Shown: piece by piece, positions 13,340 to 26,519 of the stretch | Layout: each line of letters opens with the position of its first letter | How positions within the stretch are numbered: position 1 is the stretch's first letter | NCBI RefSeq assembly: GCF_963921235.1 | Contig: NC_086097.1 | Location: 87,484,001 to 87,548,000 of the forward strand | DNA length: 64,000 nucleotides | Source: Mobula hypostoma | Lineage: Eukaryota | Direction: 5' to 3' | Translations under genes and position numbers: made by a program | The notes under the pieces: model-generated | Told to the model about the DNA's origin: nothing | Database searches by the model: none | What the model saw: the letters and a program-made list of their open reading frames with translations, nothing else

Positions 13340-14195
13340 TTTCTGAGATTCAATGAGACATCAACATCTTGGAAGACTATCCTGGGCCCAACGTATTGAT
13401 GCAGTCATGAAGAAGGCAGGCCAGCATCTCTACTTTGCTAGGAGCTTCAGGCCATTTGGTATGTCACCCATGACCTTTCCAAATTTCTGCAGATGTATGA
13501 TGCAGAGCATTCTGACTGGTCACATCACTCCAAGGCACAGGATTGCAAGAGGCTGCAGAGGGGTGTAATTCTGCCATGGATCATCCCAAGCCTGGCCTCA
13601 AAAGGAGGCGGGTTGGGCATGGAGCTAGCAAACACATCCCTTAAAAACCTAGATCTACAGGAACACCAACAGAGGCTCCAAAGACCTCATCCCTGGGAGA
13701 GGAAAGCTACAGCAGGAAGATGGGCTACTCCTGGGACAGCTTGAAAGACTGGACGGAGGATTCTGGCAAGCTGCTCTCAATGGCTTATGTCCTAATAGGG
13801 GTGATGGGCTTAAGAAGAAGAAGAAGATGCAGAGGGCTGTAGACTTAGCTAGCTCCATCATGGGCACAACCCTACCCATTATCAAGGGCATCCTCAGGAA
13901 GGTGGCATCAATCATTAAGGACTTTTTCCATTTGAAACGTGCACCCTTTTCAGTACTACCTTCATGGAGAAAGTACAGGAGCCTGAAGACCCACACTCAA
14001 TGACTCAGAAACAGCTTCTTCCCCTCCACCATAAGATTTCTGAATAATCCATGAATTCACAAAAGCTACCTAATTTTTCCTGTTTTCTTAGATTGTCTAT
14101 TTTTGTAATTAATAGTGATTTTATGCCTTTGCATTGTTAAACAACAAATTTCACATCACATAAGTCAGTAATAATAAATCTGATTCTGATTCAGT
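13340..14195 (+). mobile_element. Rex1/Babar-like LINE 3' fragment
   Basis: KKAGQHLYFARSFRPFGMS...SILTGHIT motif; (ctgatt)n tail at ~14180. Confidence 0.7.
13563..13827 (+). mobile_element. Bipartite RTE-derived non-autonomous element
   Basis: RTE 5'UTR-like hairpin cccaagcc...gggttggg joined to an RTE C-terminus-like segment (MGYSWGQLERL-like); (aag)n tail; 9-bp TSD TGCAGAGGG (13554-13562 and 13828-13836). Confidence 0.7.
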
Positions 14196-15363
14196 ATCTC
14201 TGTGAAAGTGCTGGTTTCCAGTGCCAGTATCTGTCTAAGTTGGCAGAGATATTGTATCCTGCCCCACAGGCCTTGGCCACCCCTGTGCTACCCTGTTGAA
14301 GTCCTCATGAAATCCAATGGTGCAATCCTTCACAGGTCTCCCTGCTCCCAAGCTGCAAAGTTTGTCACTTTGCAGCCTATTATGTTAAACAAAGAACAGT
14401 CAAGGCAGAACCCTTGCAATGAAAAGGAATAATTGATTCCTGGGTGGAAAGACAATTGATTACATTTCTACTAGTTGCTTGTTAGCGTCAGTTACCCTAA
14501 TTTATTTTGAGATACTTTCCAAATTAAAATCAGGTTTATTATCACCGATGTGTGACATGAAATGCATTTTATCACTATAGTTGTATTTTTTCTTGATTTT
14601 TTTTCTGGTGAAAATAGCTAGGACTCCATCCTGGTAGCGAGACAGAGGAACAGGTAGACAGCTTTGGGCAATGGAAGATCTGCATAAGTATGGATCAGGA
14701 AAAGCCATCATGAAAACTGTTCTGCAGGAACATCAATGCATTGTATCTGGATTTGCAAAGGTTTTTGATAGGCTACCACATAAAAGGTAACAAAATAAGC
14801 ATGGATAGAAATTTGGTTATGGGACTAAAAGTAGGGAATAGAAATAGATGGATTGTTTTTAGGTTGACATATTGTGATTTATTGGTGCTACAGGAATTCG
14901 AACTTCCCTTCAATCATTCACAAGTTATGTTAATTACTTACATGAAAATGAAATGTAATTCCCAAATTTGTTCTTGATGCAGTAGTGAGAGGGAATATGT
15001 TTTTTGCTGAACTGTGAAGAGGACACATGAGCTGACAATTTTCTGTGCCTTTATTTCACTGTGGTAACAACAATCTTGCAAAGAATCACAAAAATTGTTA
15101 GCACCAATTCCAAATCAGCACTAATGAATTCCCTCATGTAATTAGTCATGCAAGGAACAGTGGGCATTAGGGTTGGATTTCCTGTACTGGAAGCATCTTT
15201 CCTTGTATCTCTGACATAAGCAATCAGTCAGTATGAGGTCACACTATAATACAACAGTAAGCACAGGAGATTCCACAGATGCAGATGCTGGAAATCTTGA
15301 GCAACACACCCAGAATGCTGGAGGAACTCAGCAAGTCAGCCAGCATCAATGGAAGGGAATGCA

Positions 15364-15401
15364 CAGTCAATGTTTTGATCCAAAACCCTTCATCAGGACT
15401 G
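15364..15401 (-). ncRNA. Decayed minimal hammerhead ribozyme in PLE terminus
   Basis: CAGTC-CTGATGA-AGGGTTTTGGATC-AAAACATT-GACTG: stem I intact, GAAA core lost. Confidence 0.55.
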
Positions 15402-16024
15402 GAAAATCAATCTACTGACCTACTGACACTCACAGATCTCTTGATCAGACCTCTTGCCAAACAGTCCTTCCAGGTGAGGTAATACTTCACCTGTGAGTCT
15501 GGCAGGGTCATCTATTGTAACTGGTGCTCGCACTACAGATTTCTCTACAATAGCGAGACCTTACGCAGGTTGGGAGAACACTTCTTCGAGCACCTTAGTA
15601 TCTCCTAGTGGCTTCTCATTTTAATTTGACTTCCCATGATGAAGCCAAGCTCAGGTTGGAGGAGCAAAATCTCATATTCTATCTGTGTAGTCTACAACCT
15701 AATGGTATGAATGTCAAGTTCTCAAACTTCTGGTCATTACTGTCTCTTCCCCTCATCTTTTTTTCCATTCCCCATTCTGGTTACCCTCTCAATCCTTCTC
15801 TTTTCCTCTCCTGCCTATCACTTTCCTCCAGTTCCTCTCCTCTTTCCTTTTCTTCCATAACCCTCTGTCCTCTCCTATTAGATTCCTTCTTCTTTACCCT
15901 TTAACCTTTTCACCTATCACCTCCAAGTTTCTTACTAAATATCCCCTACCCTACTCACCTTTCCTCTCACCTGGCATCAACTATCACCAGCCAGCTTGTG
16001 CTCCATCCCCTCACTCTTCCTTTC

Positions 16025-16062
16025 CAGTCCTGACGAAGGGCCTCTGCCCAAAGCATCAACTG
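16025..16062 (+). ncRNA. Decayed minimal hammerhead ribozyme in PLE terminus
   Basis: CAGTC-CTGACGA-AGGGCCTCTGCCC-AAAGCATC-AACTG. Confidence 0.55.
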
Positions 16063-17027
16063 TTTATTCTGCTGCCTGACGTGCTGAATTCTTCCATCAT
16101 TTTGTGTATGTTGCATAATGCAACAGTGCTCTTTCAGGCACTAAGGAGTACTGGCAAGGAATGAGTATGAGTTGGAATCATATTTGTGGGCTAGCAGTCT
16201 TCTGGGGCTTGAAGGCAGTGGCGCTGAGTACTTTAGACATTAGCAAACAATGTGGTGCACAGGAAGCAGATATCTGGTGCATTCTTACCAAGAAACTGTG
16301 AGGGATGAGTCTAGAAGGACGAGTGTCTGAACTTCTTGAAGTCTTCAAAACATCCATGTATGAATGCAAGGATTACAATGCCCAAACTCAAAGGACCCCC
16401 ACATTGCCAGTTTTATAAAATTTCTTCATTTGGGGTAGGGAACAACAAACAGTCATATGAGGCATATACTATTCTAGGATCCAGTATCTAGGTTTCTGAG
16501 AGTGAGGGTGACCCTGTCTTGCAGCCACTTGATCTCTGAAGAGATGAGGTTTTGAGAGATCACAAATGGAAGTGAGACTGTCATGTGAAAAAATCATCTG
16601 CCTAGGCATTGCTTCTGTAGATAATGCTGGATAAGGTGTTATGGCCACCTCTTTTGTTAGATGATTCTCTCCAGCTTTTTCCTCATTTCTCATCTGGTGA
16701 ACATGGTACCACTTTCATTTTGCAAGCTGTGTGCTATGCTAGAAAGTATAGAAAAAGAAAACACTTTTTAAATGCATGGAAAGCAATAGATATTAGTGTA
16801 CAGATGTATGTATCTTGGTCTGTTGTGTCATGAAACACAGAAAGTAAACTTGCAGATACACGGAAAGGAATTAGTGAGGGAAATTGTATATTGGCCTAAA
16901 TTGGAATCAAGGGCACATACTACTTGCTTTCCTCAAGTGAGTCAAAATTTAAAATGCTGGAAGAACTCAGCAGGTCAGGCAGCATCTATAGAAAAGAATA
17001 AACAGTCAATGTTTAGGCCAAGTCCCT

Positions 17028-18155
17028 TAGAAACATAGAAAACATACATCACAATACAGGCCCTTCGGCCCACAAAGCTGTGCCGAACATGTCCCTATCT
17101 TAGAACTACCTAGGCTTTACCCATAGCCCTCTATTTTTCTAAGCTCCATGTAGCCATCCAGGAGTCTCTTAAAAAACCCTATTGTTTCTGCATCCACCAC
17201 TGCCACCGGCAGCCCATTCCACACATTCACCACTCTGCATAAAAAACTTACACCTGACATCTCCTCTGTACCTACTTCCAAGCACCTTAAACCTGTGCCC
17301 TCTTGTGATAGCCATTTCAGCCCTGGGGAAAAGCCTCTGACTATCCACACGATCAATGCCTCTCATTATCTTGTATACCTCTATCAAGTCACCTCTCATC
17401 CTCTGTCGTCCCAAGGGAAAAAGGCCGAGTTCACTCAATCTATTCTCATAAGGCATGCTCCCCAATCCAGGCAACATCCTTGTAAATCTCCTCTGCACCC
17501 TTTCTATGGTTTCCACGTCCTTCCTATAGTGAGGCCACCAGAATTGAGCACAGTACTCCAAGTGGGATCTGATCAGGCTCCTATATAGCTGCAACATTAC
17601 CTCTCGGCTCTTAAACTCAATCCCACAATTGATGAAGGCCAATGTACCGTGTGTCTTCTTAACCATATAGTCAACCTGCGTAGCAGCTTTGCGTGTCCTA
17701 TGGACTCGGACTTCAAGATCCCTCTGATCCTCCACACTGCCAAGAGTCTTACCATTAATACTATATTCTGCCATCATATTTGACCTACCAAACTGAACCA
17801 CCTCACACTTACCTGGGTTGAACTCCATCTGCCACTTCTCAGCCCAGTTTTGCATCCTATCAATATCCCCTTGTAACCTCTGACAGCCCTCCACACTATC
17901 CACAACACCCCTAACCTTTGTGTCATCAGCAAATTTACTAACCCATCCCTCCATTTCCTCATCCAGGTCATTTATAAAAATCACAAAGAGTAGGGGTCCC
18001 AGAACAGATCCCTGAGGCACACCACTGGTCACCGGCCTCCATGCAGAATATCACCCGTCTACAACCACTCTTTGCCTTCTGTGGCAAGCCAGTTCTGGAT
18101 CCATAAAGCAATATCCTCTTGGATCCCATGCCTCCTTACTTTCTCAATAAGCTTT
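17028..18155 (-). mobile_element. CR1 LINE, 5'-truncated, RT domain open; inserted between inverted PLE termini
   Basis: ORF 17169-18032: TSGVPQGSVLGPLLFVIFINDLD, KFADDTK, HLEYCAQFW, RGDLIEVYK; (ttctatg)-type tail at ~17030. Confidence 0.93.
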
Positions 18156-18739
18156 GCAACAGGACACAATGAAGGATCTCTGTCTTAAATGTCAACTGTT
18201 TTTTTTCTTTCCATATATTCTGTCTGACCTGTTTAGTTCCTCCAGCACTTTGTGTTTGTCACAACACCTCATATTCTGCCTGGGCAGTCGACACCCAAAT
18301 GGCATGAATATTGTGTTTCTCAATTTTAGGTAGCCCTTCCTAACAGGTTGTTTCCTGCCCCCTTTCCCTTCCCTTTCCTCTCATTCGGATACCCTCCTGT
18401 CTTCCTTGTTTTGTCCCCTATCCTGCATACCTTCACCCATCTTCATTCCCTATTCACTTCCTTGTTCCATCCACTCACAACACACACAGTAGCCTCCACA
18501 ACATCCCTTCATTCTCTCTATCTGGTACGGTGCTGGTTCCACCTGCCATTCACCTCTCCCCTAATGGGTCCTATTGTTATCTCCTTTACTTGTCTGATTG
18601 TGGCATTGGTAGCCCTTTGTTCCTTCTCATTTCCCTTCAGAAACTGTCTCCAATCTTCACATTCCTTCTCCCTACGTTGCTCCATTTCTCCACACTTTTT
18701 CTTTACTCTCCACTGCTGAGGACTGCTCTCCCAAAAGAC

Positions 18740-20410
18740 ATAAGACCAAAAGGTATTGGAACAGAATTAGGTTTACTCTGCCATTTGATCATGGCTGATT
18801 TATTATCCCTCTCAACCCCATTCTCCTGCCTTCTCCCGATAACCTTTGACACCTGTAACTAATCAAGAACCTATCAAGCGCCACTTGAAATGGATGATCA
18901 GCCATGATCATACTGAATGGCGGTGCAGGCTCGAAGGTCCGAATGGCCTACTCCTGCACCTATTTTCTATGTTTCTATGAAATATACACAATAACTTGGC
19001 TTCCACAGCCATCTGTGACAATGAATTCCACAGACTCACCACCCTAGAATAAAGAAATTCCTTCTCTGTTCTAAAAGGATGGCCTTTGGTGTCTCCGATC
19101 CTAGATCCTCTCTGTATTTGAAGCATCCTCTCCATGTCCACACTATCTTGCCCTTTCAACATTAGATAGGTTTCAATAAGATATCCCATATTTTTCATTT
19201 CAGTGAGTACAGGCCCAGAGCCATCAACCGCTCCTCATTCATTAACCCTTTCATTCCTGGGGTCATTCTAGTAAACCTCCTCTGGACTCTTTCCAACGCC
19301 AGAATATCCTTCCTTGGGGCCCAGGACTGCCCACAATTCTCCAAATGCAATCTGACTCATTCTTTATAAAGCCTCAGCATTATATCCTTGACTTATATTC
19401 TAGTTCTCTGGAAATGAATGCTAACATTGTATTTACCTTCCCCACTATCGACTTGCATGGTAATGTTTAGGACTCTCAAACCTCTTTGCACTTCTGATTT
19501 CTGAATTTGCTTCCCATTTAGAAAATAGTGTACACATTTATTCATTCTACCAAAATGCATGACTATACACTTCCCTTTCATTGCATTCCACATTCACTTA
19601 TTTGCCTGTTCTCTGAATCTGTCCAAGTCCTTCTGCAGATTCCTTACTTTCTCAACACTGCATGCCACTTCACCTATCTTTATATATCTGCAACTTGGCT
19701 GAAAAGCTGCCAATTCTGTCATCTAGATCATGTAACATGAAAAGAAGCAGTCCCAACTCCGACCCTGCGGAACATCATTAATCACAACCAGCCAATCAGG
19801 AAAGGTCCCCTTTATTCCAACTTTTTTGCCTCTTGCCAGTCAACCAATCTTCTGTCCATGCTAGTATCTCTTCTGTAATACCAGCCTTGTAGGTGACACT
19901 TTGTCAAAGACCTTCTGAAAATCCAAGTAAACAACATCCACTGACTCTCCTTTGTCTATCCTACCTGTTATTTCCTCAAGCAATTCCAATAGTCATGCTG
20001 ACTTTGGTCAATTTTATCTTGTGATTCCAAGTACCCAAAACCTCATCCTTAATAATGGCCTCTACCATCTTGACAAGAACTGAAGTCAGGCTAAATGGTT
20101 TATAATTTCCTGCTTTTTACTCCTTCCCTTCTTAAAGAGGGGAGTGACATTTGCAATTTTCCAGTCCTCTGGAGCAATTCCAGAATCAAGTGATTCTTGA
20201 AAGATTACGACTAATGCATCCACAATCTCTTCAGATGCCTCTTTCAGAACCCTGTGGTGTACTCCATCTGCTCCAGGTGAATTATCTACATACCTTCAGA
20301 CCTTTCAGCTTCCCAAGCAACTTCTCCTAATAGTGACTACGCTCACTTCTGCTCCCTGACACTCTCGAATTTTTGGCATACTGCTGGAGCCTTCAACAGT
20401 GATAACTGAC
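18740..20410 (-). mobile_element. CR1 LINE, decayed RT, with a ~90-bp opposite-strand CR1 3' end at 18892-18976
   Basis: CR1 RT motifs (KCIVMHFGR, SEVQRGL, RVVSLWNSL); the inner insert is bounded by TGAAAT repeats. Confidence 0.8.
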
Positions 20411-22689
20411 ACACTCCTGATATTCCCTTCCAGAATTCTACTATCAATGTTTAAAACCAGACCACAGGTTTAAGGTGAGAAAAGGGTTAATGGGGAGCTG
20501 AGGAAGTATTTAGCTCACCTGGATGGTGATTGCAATTTATAGCACATTGTGTGAAAACATTGCAGAACAGCTACTCTCACAACATTTAAAAAAAATCTGA
20601 ATTAAGCCATAGAAAGCAACAAACCAAGTGCTGGTATGTAAGGTTGGTGTGGATTGGTACTTGATGGTTGGCATGGATATAGAGGGCCAATAGGCCTGTT
20701 TCTGTGCTCTATGGCCCTTTAACACAGTTCCATTCTTACCTGTGACCTCTTAAAAACCCAAAGTACCAAATCACGCATGTTCCTTCCTTGCTCTTTAGGC
20801 AGAGTGAGGATCGTCCTCACACCAAGATAATGCAAGCAGGTCCTATTGAAATTGACAGAGCTTTGAAGAGAACTGATAAGACAAAAGACAGGAGTAGAAT
20901 TAGGCCATTTGAACCATCAAGTCTTCTCCACCATTCAATCATGGCTGACTTATTATCCCTCTCTACCCGTGGAGATTAATGTGGACAGTTTGAGCTTTTT
21001 TCTTCAGGTGACAGCGGTAGGGATTCATAATCTTTTTCCCATGTATAGAGGGTTTCCTCGTAATGATGGAGAAGAACTTGGAAAGATTATGAGACTTCTA
21101 CTCACTGAGACACAGAAGGTTTTAATGGGGACTGGCAGAGCTTGAAGCATTGCTTGCTTCCTTTAATTAGCTAGTAAATCCAGAACAATAAATCTCACCT
21201 TGGGGCAAAGAGATTGCCATTTTAAGCTGAAGTCAGGAAAAAATATTTGAACAGAGGCTTGTAACTCTTTGAAATTCTCTATCTGGGAGGCTGTGTTATT
21301 TTCAAAACTGGATACTTGGATGCTAATGGGAAAGTGGACATGAGGCACAGAGCTTGTGACAATCTTATTCAATGGTGGAGCAGAATCAAGAGGACAGTCA
21401 CCTATTCCTACCTCTTTTTCCTATGCAGTTTATGAATCTTGGTTGCAATGCATGACTTTTCACTTATTTTGGAATCTTGAATATTGTATGAGAATGTTTG
21501 TAATATGTTAATGTGTTATGTGTTTTAAAGTATAGTACATGAACTGTACATTCATCCAAGTACAGAGTACGTGAAACATTGAAAGCATAACAACGCAAAT
21601 ATTATCCAGCATTTATAGTCTGCATAGCCACATCTAATTCTAGGCTGCTACTCCATTTCCTGACAGAAGCAAGATAGTGTTGGTTCCTAGCTATTCCTGG
21701 GTATAGTGCATGCTCAATATGTTGATTTTGTAATTATAAACACATAGCAACTGAAGAGATTCCTGACAATTAAGTGTAAATTATTTACTGAGCTATTTCA
21801 TTACATTATATTTTAATCCTTATGTATGAGTACCATATATCAGTAACACAGCATGAACTAGCAGATGGCAAATAAACCAAACACTGAACAAATTTATGCC
21901 TAATTTGTTCCCCTGCTTAGCATGTTAGACTACATACCTGGCTGTGTTGAGCTGACTAGGCTGATTTGGGGCCCAATATTTTGCCCCACTGATCCTTTGA
22001 TAATGAGGATGTTCTTTTACTGGAAAGTGCATCTATATGCACATCAGATAAGGAAAATACTGCACTAGGTTAAAACAAATCAGAATTGTAAACCCACTAT
22101 TTATTTCATATTTCCAGCATCTGCAAGTTCTGTTCCATTTCAGTTTGATTGTGAGGCTGCCCACGGTTAAATAGTACACTCTAACGACAAGAATGTTGCA
22201 AAACCACACAAAACACTCAAATAGATTGATTCGATTAATAATTTATTCACAACAAAAGTTTGTTACATTATTTAATGGCAATCAAAACTGCCTGACTTTA
22301 CTGCATGATCTGCACAGATTCTTCGAATGCTGCGTTGCCTGGGGACAAACTGCTGCCCGTTTATGTAAGCATGAGATGGATACTGAGTTATAGCTTTTAT
22401 CTTGGACAATATTAACCAAAATAATGTAATTGCTTCTGTATAAAATGGCCACTGGTTTTGCTTATACCGTAATAGCCATTCAAAGTAATTGAGAGGAAGA
22501 TGACATAAATGCAGATATTTTGAGTCTGACACTGACTTGAGTCGATAAAAAAATATCCGCTTCAAAGCGCTTTCAGTGTACTGTGAAACCCCATCCGACA
22601 GTAATGGTGGATGGGGAGAAGATAATTAAATGAAAAGGCTACCCTGCGATAACCATTACACTCATGAAGCTTAGATTTTCTACAAATGA

Positions 22690-23260
22690 CACACTAAATT
22701 GCAATGTCTGTGTTTACAAAATTAACCGTTCGCCGTTTCCTTGGGAAACCGCTAAGAAAGTTGAAAGAGTTAAGTCGCCCTCTGCCCCAGTCAGCGTGCC
22801 GCTCCTCGGCAACAGCACAGCCAACCGCCCTCTCCTGCACTTCAGTATCGCGACGTTTTGCCGCAGTGACCTCAGACGTTGGAGGTGGATTGGCCTGAAC
22901 TTTTTCGGCAACTTCGAACAACCGGCTGCACTCGGGGCAGGGGGTTGGTTCTGAGGCAGGCAGGCACATCGCTATACGGCGAGCCGTTGCTTGGACGAAT
23001 CGGGCGCTCTGACTGGGATCTTAAATCTTACCTCGGAGTCTGGAAAATAAAGAGCTTCGCTGCCCTTCAGTTCAAAAACGGGCAATTCCAGCACACTTGC
23101 GGGTAAGAAACCACAGCTTTTTTTCCAATACAAAAAGGAGAAATAATACGAGAGAGAGTCTGCATTGATATGTAAGCGCTCGAAGCTGCAGCTTTGGTCC
23201 CTCTTTTGTTGACGGTGCGCTAAGCTCGGTGACTGCAGTTCCCCTCACACACACTTACTG
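22690..23260. promoter_or_regulatory. CpG-rich promoter-like segment with splice donors on both strands
   Basis: CpG retention far above the flanks; + donor CGG|GTAAGA at 23103; - donor GAG|GTAAGA at 23031; X-box-like gttgcttggac. Confidence 0.5.
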
Positions 23261-24639
23261 GTATCTTACATTTTCTCAAGAATGTTTGGAATACTTATAA
23301 AGAATCCGGGTGGATCAAAATAATCTGCTCAACATAAAACTTTATACACTGCCACTAGAAAGATCCTTGCCGCTGGTGGCAGACTGTCACAGATGTAGCA
23401 GATCGCTTATTTAACTCGGATCTCAGTTTTTTTTTTCGGTTCAGCGCTTGTACAGAAGCAGTGAAAAATCTGCGTTGAAATACTAAGATTACCCACCTCA
23501 TAGTTACAGAAGAATGACACAAGTTACAAATATTGTGGGAGTGGGTATGATTATATTCAGTACAACAAGCTTCAGAAGCGGCAGTAAATGGATCAGAAGC
23601 CAAAACTGATTTGAGGCCGTTCTATTGTGCCAGGACCGGGTGGTTATACAGACATACAACGATTGTTCACAATATCACGGCCGGTTGAATGAAAATAAAT
23701 GAATGTGACGCCGTGCCTGTTTCTCTACGTTGGTCATTTCTGTTTTGAAACACTCAATGTTTTCATTAATATATTTCTTGTAAATTACTGCAAAATGACC
23801 CCAAGAAAGGATCGCTGTCTGAAAAGGTTCAATATCTCAGCTTGAATGAGAACGTCACTTCGTTTATAATCTAATTTTCTCCCAGTGAAAAATTTAACGC
23901 TTCGGTTCAGATGAAAATCGTTTTTGGCAGCCAAACAAATGTCTCCGGCTGGAAGACGTAGGTGACGGCGAATCATTCACCTGCTACTGTCCGGGTAATT
24001 TGCTGTGTGACAATTTTACCACGTTTTTTCTTTCACTGTAGACATTTCGAGTACAAGTGAAAATGCCCACTTTGAAATGCGGGTCCGCGGTAGGAGTGCA
24101 GAGAAACTTCATGAAAATTGCTTGTTTTCTGGCATCTCTGCGCTCCACTCATGAAAGAGATCGGAAAACGACTCTTAAAATCAAATGACATTTAAGCACA
24201 AATATGTGCAAATTTATCTTTCTTGCTCTTCTGGTACATTATTTTGTTTATTTCTACCCTTCTCTGCATATGGGTGTTCAATAAGATTAATGTGTTGATG
24301 GCGGTATTATTTTATTGTATTGCAATATCCTTATTGAATTTCCTTTGGGAAATTTTTGATCCTTTCGCCATTTGTGAAGTCACTGTCGTTTACAGTAATT
24401 TTCATACTAATCGAGACTGCCTTCCTCATCGCATACACGCACAGGTAAAGTAGCCACCAGAAAGGTTTACGGAGACTTATCCGTGCATTCTTTTGGTGCA
24501 GTCCCATGAATATTTCCGGCACCCCCCCCCCCGCCCCATGGGCCTCCCTCCCCACCGTGGTTTGCAAAGTTCATTCATGGCAAGAAACAAACGGATACTT
24601 TTGCAATACTATTGCTGTGAGTCGTTGATATTGCTAAAA

Positions 24640-25160
24640 AGACCGTGATGGGCAGCTAATCGCCACAGTTAGCAGCTTCATTTCTCAACGTGGGCGGTGG
24701 TGCAGGCCATTTGTTTCTTTTGCTGAGTGTCATCATCGGAGGCGCCACCTGAGTAAGTGCTCGAACACCTCAAGCTGCAACCTGGTGACCAGTCCTCCCT
24801 CCTGCCTTCTGAGGGGCTCTTGCGGCCGGAGCTGCCGCATCTGATTGGCCAATTCCTGAACGTCAATCAAGCTGTCGCTAGGCTCTACCCGTCGTCAAGG
24901 AAGAGGAGCGAGCCGAGCTCGCGGCTGCACAGCGCAGTAGGTTGAGAGGACGAGACCCGCTGTGCAGAGGTAAGAGCGTGGCAGGATTCACAAGCACTTG
25001 ACAGGCAGTTTCAGCCAGTGAAAGGCCTAGTGGAGGAAACATATGTATCTGGCACCATAACTACCACGTTGGCTACGAGTCACAGTGTTAACCTTCAATA
25101 CCCACTCTCCTTCTCCAACCAGCCGCCCACTCAGCGAGAAGCCTGCAAATTGGATACAGG
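24640..25160 (+). promoter_or_regulatory. CpG-rich promoter and probable first exon of an unidentified + strand gene
   Basis: Back-to-back ATTGG/CCAAT (24844-24853), half-CRE CGTCA, strong donor GAG|GTAAGA at 24970, alternative donor CAG|GTGGGT at 25160. Confidence 0.6.
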
Positions 25161-26519
25161 TGGGTAAAGGGAGATAGCAGCTTTTAATGGTTTGATCGTT
25201 GCCTACTTAAAGAAAAGTTGTTGTGCTAGTTTAAGTCGCCTTCGCTATTGATAGCAAACATGCAACATGATGATGCATTCTGATGTTAATGACATCATTG
25301 TTGTTTCAGTGAACAGGCTTTGTCAGTCGTGCGATAGGATTTTGGTTCATTGCCTAGTGAATGAATACAATGCTTTTAATTTTCTGCCCTTAAACTTGTA
25401 CTATATTTAAAATAATGACGACCTTCAAAGTGTTGCAGTCTAATTTGTGATGTTCAGCTGACGAGTCAACTGGTTTATTCAGTCACCATCGCCTTGAGAT
25501 GCGATAGAATATTTTCCTCAGTATTTACAAGATGCACAAGTTCACGCACAATTACAATTGACCACTTAATACTCGTACACAATCTAAATGTTTCAATTTA
25601 TTTTGTAATTCTAATTTTATCACTTTCATTTATATTACATCCTGGCATCCATGATGTTTAACAACCTTTAAGTCACTTTATGATGTAATATATGTAGGCT
25701 CTGTACGGGGGGGGGGGGGAACATAGGGTTGCTTTGGATTGCCTGGGACTCCCCTGGTCTGCCTATTGTTCTCAGCAATGTGGTGTAGGGCAGTGGATGG
25801 CAATCATGCATTCTCCGTTACACAGCGGAGGATAATCTAATTATACTGACATAGGTAGAAAACATAAAATAATTCCTGGGACTATTCTTTCTTTTAGCCA
25901 GCACGAGTATAGAGAGAATTGTTGGTCAAGTAGCTTGGTTAGTGGGTCATTTCCAAGATGTGACCATCAGGATCAAATAAGTGTTGTCTTCTTATAAATT
26001 TGAGTGGGGATTGGGGAGGACGATCATGTGCTTGAATTTGGTAGTGATTGGGATATTGTATTATAAAATCTTTGTCAGAATATCAGCCTCTTGTGTGCCT
26101 CCTGCTGTCATCCTCTTCACTATGAATTGGGTGACTCCTAGAGGTAACACTAGCAATCAGTGATGATGTTTTAGCATTAAGTAAGAAAGGCAAATAAGAT
26201 TTGCTCGATATACTCTCAATAAAAGTCACTATGGATTATATTATCAGCGTGGGGGTGGGAGGAATAAAAACCGCATAGGAATTGCTTATCAATGGAATTT
26301 AAAAGCAGAATCAGCAAAGGAACCTCAGGGGTGCTTAGTCAGATGGACAAAAGATGTTTGCCCCAAATGTTAGTGTCTATCAGTGCATGTCATTTTTCCA
26401 AATTCTAAAAATGATGTCATTTAAAAAGAAGTTCATGTCATTGTTTTTATTTTCAGCCCACATACATCCAATACAGTGATGCATTGTGTAACACATAGAT
26501 AAACCACTGTAGAGGGTTT

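Larger units (their letters stand above)
15259..16114 (+). mobile_element. Penelope-like element with inverted terminal pLTR and GIY-YIG remnant
   Basis: FTCESGRVIYCNWCSHYRFLYNSETLRRLGEHFFEHL (GIY-YIG) at ~15486-15596; inverted terminus at 15259-15410; 13-bp TSD ATAAT(A/G)CAACAGT (15246-15258 and 16115-16127). Confidence 0.85.

Noticed and set aside
25005..25159. Separate second exon after the 24970 donor
   Set aside because: The intron would be only 35 nt.
25707..25719. Poly-G/poly-C runs (also ~24522, 51583, 62207)
   Set aside because: Simple homopolymers with no supporting structure.
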